This document shows positions 62,991 to 64,000 of a stretch of DNA of 64,000 bases, piece after piece (position 1 is the stretch's first letter; each line of letters begins with the position of its first letter). The notes beneath the pieces are model-generated. The model made no database searches, was not told the origin of the DNA, and worked only from the letters and a program-made list of their open reading frames with translations. Where the stretch lies: NCBI GenBank assembly GCA_043809745.1, contig JBDROU010000067.1:6515-70514 (forward strand), written 5' to 3'. This DNA is from a bacterium. GTDB lineage: Bacteria > Elusimicrobiota > JBDRMW01 > JBDROU01. Both the position numbers and the translations under genes were made by a program.

Positions 62991-64000
62991 TTATTTAATT
63001 TTCTTGAAGTTCACATACTGTAATCTAAACAGCAGCATAATAATTATAACTGATACAAGCATGGAAATCAAAGCAAAAATATCACCATGCATTGTATAAA
63101 ATGTTCTCTTTTTTTGAACTATTTTTACCGTATGATTTAAAGACACTTTTTCAAATATTTTTGATGATTTTTCAATTCTTCCAGATGGACTTATAAATGC
63201 TGATATTCCGGTATTAGCGCTCCTTGCAAGATTAATTCTATTCTCCACAGCGCGAAATATATTCATTGCAAAATGCTGATACGGCGCAGAAGTGTTTAAA
63301 AACCATGCGTCGTTAGTTATATTAATGAACATATCTACATTTTGCTTCGCTAACTCTCTTGCAATCTCAGGAAAGATGCTTTCATAACATATAGTCACAC
63401 CCAAATTGTAATTATTTACTTTTAAAGGTTCATAACTCTTACCAGAAATGAATCCCCCAAATTCTTTAAGAACCGGCGCAACCTCTGTTAAATATGATTC
63501 AAATGGTATTGTTTCGCTAAAAGGCAGAAGGTGAACTTTGTCATATTGAGAGATTAGCTCGCCTTGCTGGTTATACAAAAACGCAGAGTTTAGATAACCA
63601 TTTTTTTCTTTTGCCATTGAACCAATTATATGGAAAGAAGCTGTAGGTTTTATTAAATCGTTTAGCCACTTATTTATTCCATTATCAATATTCAGCAGAT
63701 ACGGCATCGCGGTTTCAGGCCACACCATTATATATGAACCCTGATTTACTGCAGTTCTGGCTAGTTCCCAATACGTATTTAGAATTTCATTTTCATATTT
63801 TTGGTCCCATTTTTTGTACTGATCTATAGAACCTTGAAGCAGCGCTATTTTTATCTCTTTTTCTGCATTAGATTGTTTACTCTCAAATTCTTCGTATTTA
63901 TTAATTCCATATAGTAAGTTAACTAAAACTAAAACCAACCCAATTAAGCCGTACTTCCAACAGCTTATATTTTTCAACAGTATAAAAAGCAATGTGTTTA
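62991..64000 (-). CDS. lnt: apolipoprotein N-acyltransferase, C-terminal part (gene continues beyond window end)
   Basis: CN-hydrolase domain with VWPETAMP (Glu), a Lys, and VTICYESIF (Cys). The frame is open to position 64000, so the N-terminal TM domain lies outside the window. Confidence 0.8.
   Translation of the reverse strand, partial: NTLLFILLKNISCWKYGLIGLVLVLVNLLYGINKYEEFESKQSNAEKEIKIALLQGSIDQYKKWDQKYENEILNTYWELARTAVNQGSYIMVWPETAMPYLLNIDNGINKWLNDLIKPTASFHIIGSMAKEKNGYLNSAFLYNQQGELISQYDKVHLLPFSETIPFESYLTEVAPVLKEFGGFISGKSYEPLKVNNYNLGVTICYESIFPEIARELAKQNVDMFINITNDAWFLNTSAPYQHFAMNIFRAVENRINLARSANTGISAFISPSGRIEKSSKIFEKVSLNHTVKIVQKKRTFYTMHGDIFALISMLVSVIIIMLLFRLQYVNFKKIK

Noticed and set aside
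1-64000. Mobile elements, CRISPR arrays, defence systems, toxin-antitoxin pairs, prophage remnants, and tRNA or rRNA genes.
   Set aside because: Every ORF over about 60 aa that is not a shadow ORF is accounted for by a housekeeping, envelope or pilus function. The non-coding gaps I checked for tRNA-like sequence are about 200 nt or shorter and lack tRNA-like GC-rich arms, direct-repeat arrays and inverted terminal repeats. I could not run tRNAscan or repeat finders, so very short or degenerate elements could have been missed.

Overview
AT-rich (about one-third G+C by eye), densely coding chromosomal segment from a diderm bacterium (it has LPS, BamA and Lol genes). I cannot place it taxonomically from sequence alone. 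I call 54 protein genes, 53 on the minus strand; only rpmB is on plus. I found no rRNA, tRNA, CRISPR array, transposase, integrase or phage gene, so this reads as core chromosome rather than an accessory island.

Gene order in the direction of transcription (high to low coordinates): lnt (partial) - prfB (+1 frameshift) - CheY-like receiver - lysS - lolC/E - lolD | GC-rich structured leader - ilvE | clpC | tamB-like (1824 aa) - ArnT-like GT-C/TPR - bamA - skp - lpxD - lpxC - fabZ - lpxA - lpxI - Gfo/Idh/MocA - lpxB - msbA - thiS - thiG - beta-barrel OMP | rpmB (+) | recG - coaD - pta - pilB - pilT - pilC - pilA | pilD - small HAMP protein | pilM-N-O-P-Q - TPR/TM protein | Wzy_C/TPR protein - GT2 - flippase-like (UPF0104) - AsnB-like amidotransferase - GT4 - UDP-HexNAc dehydrogenase - large polytopic protein - WecA-like initiating transferase - FAD oxidoreductase - GT4 | yceD - rpmF - plsX - fabH - fabD.

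I did not find a self-contained cluster of unknown genes that would amount to a clearly new system. The most promising leads are:
1. An O-antigen-ligase-like Wzy_C/TPR protein and a 14-kb glycan-assembly block joined to the end of a complete type IV pilus locus. This is a candidate pilin or protein O-glycosylation module.
2. A GT2 / flippase-like gene pair whose junction only makes sense with a -1 shift in an A6 run or a non-canonical ATC/ATT start.
3. A 119-nt GC-rich, long-range-paired RNA element between lolD and ilvE that matches no riboswitch or SRP consensus I can recall.
4. A tamB - GT-C - bamA arrangement inside an unusually complete outer-membrane-biogenesis gene string.

All functional calls rest on motif-level recognition of the translated ORFs and on synteny. 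No database search was run.
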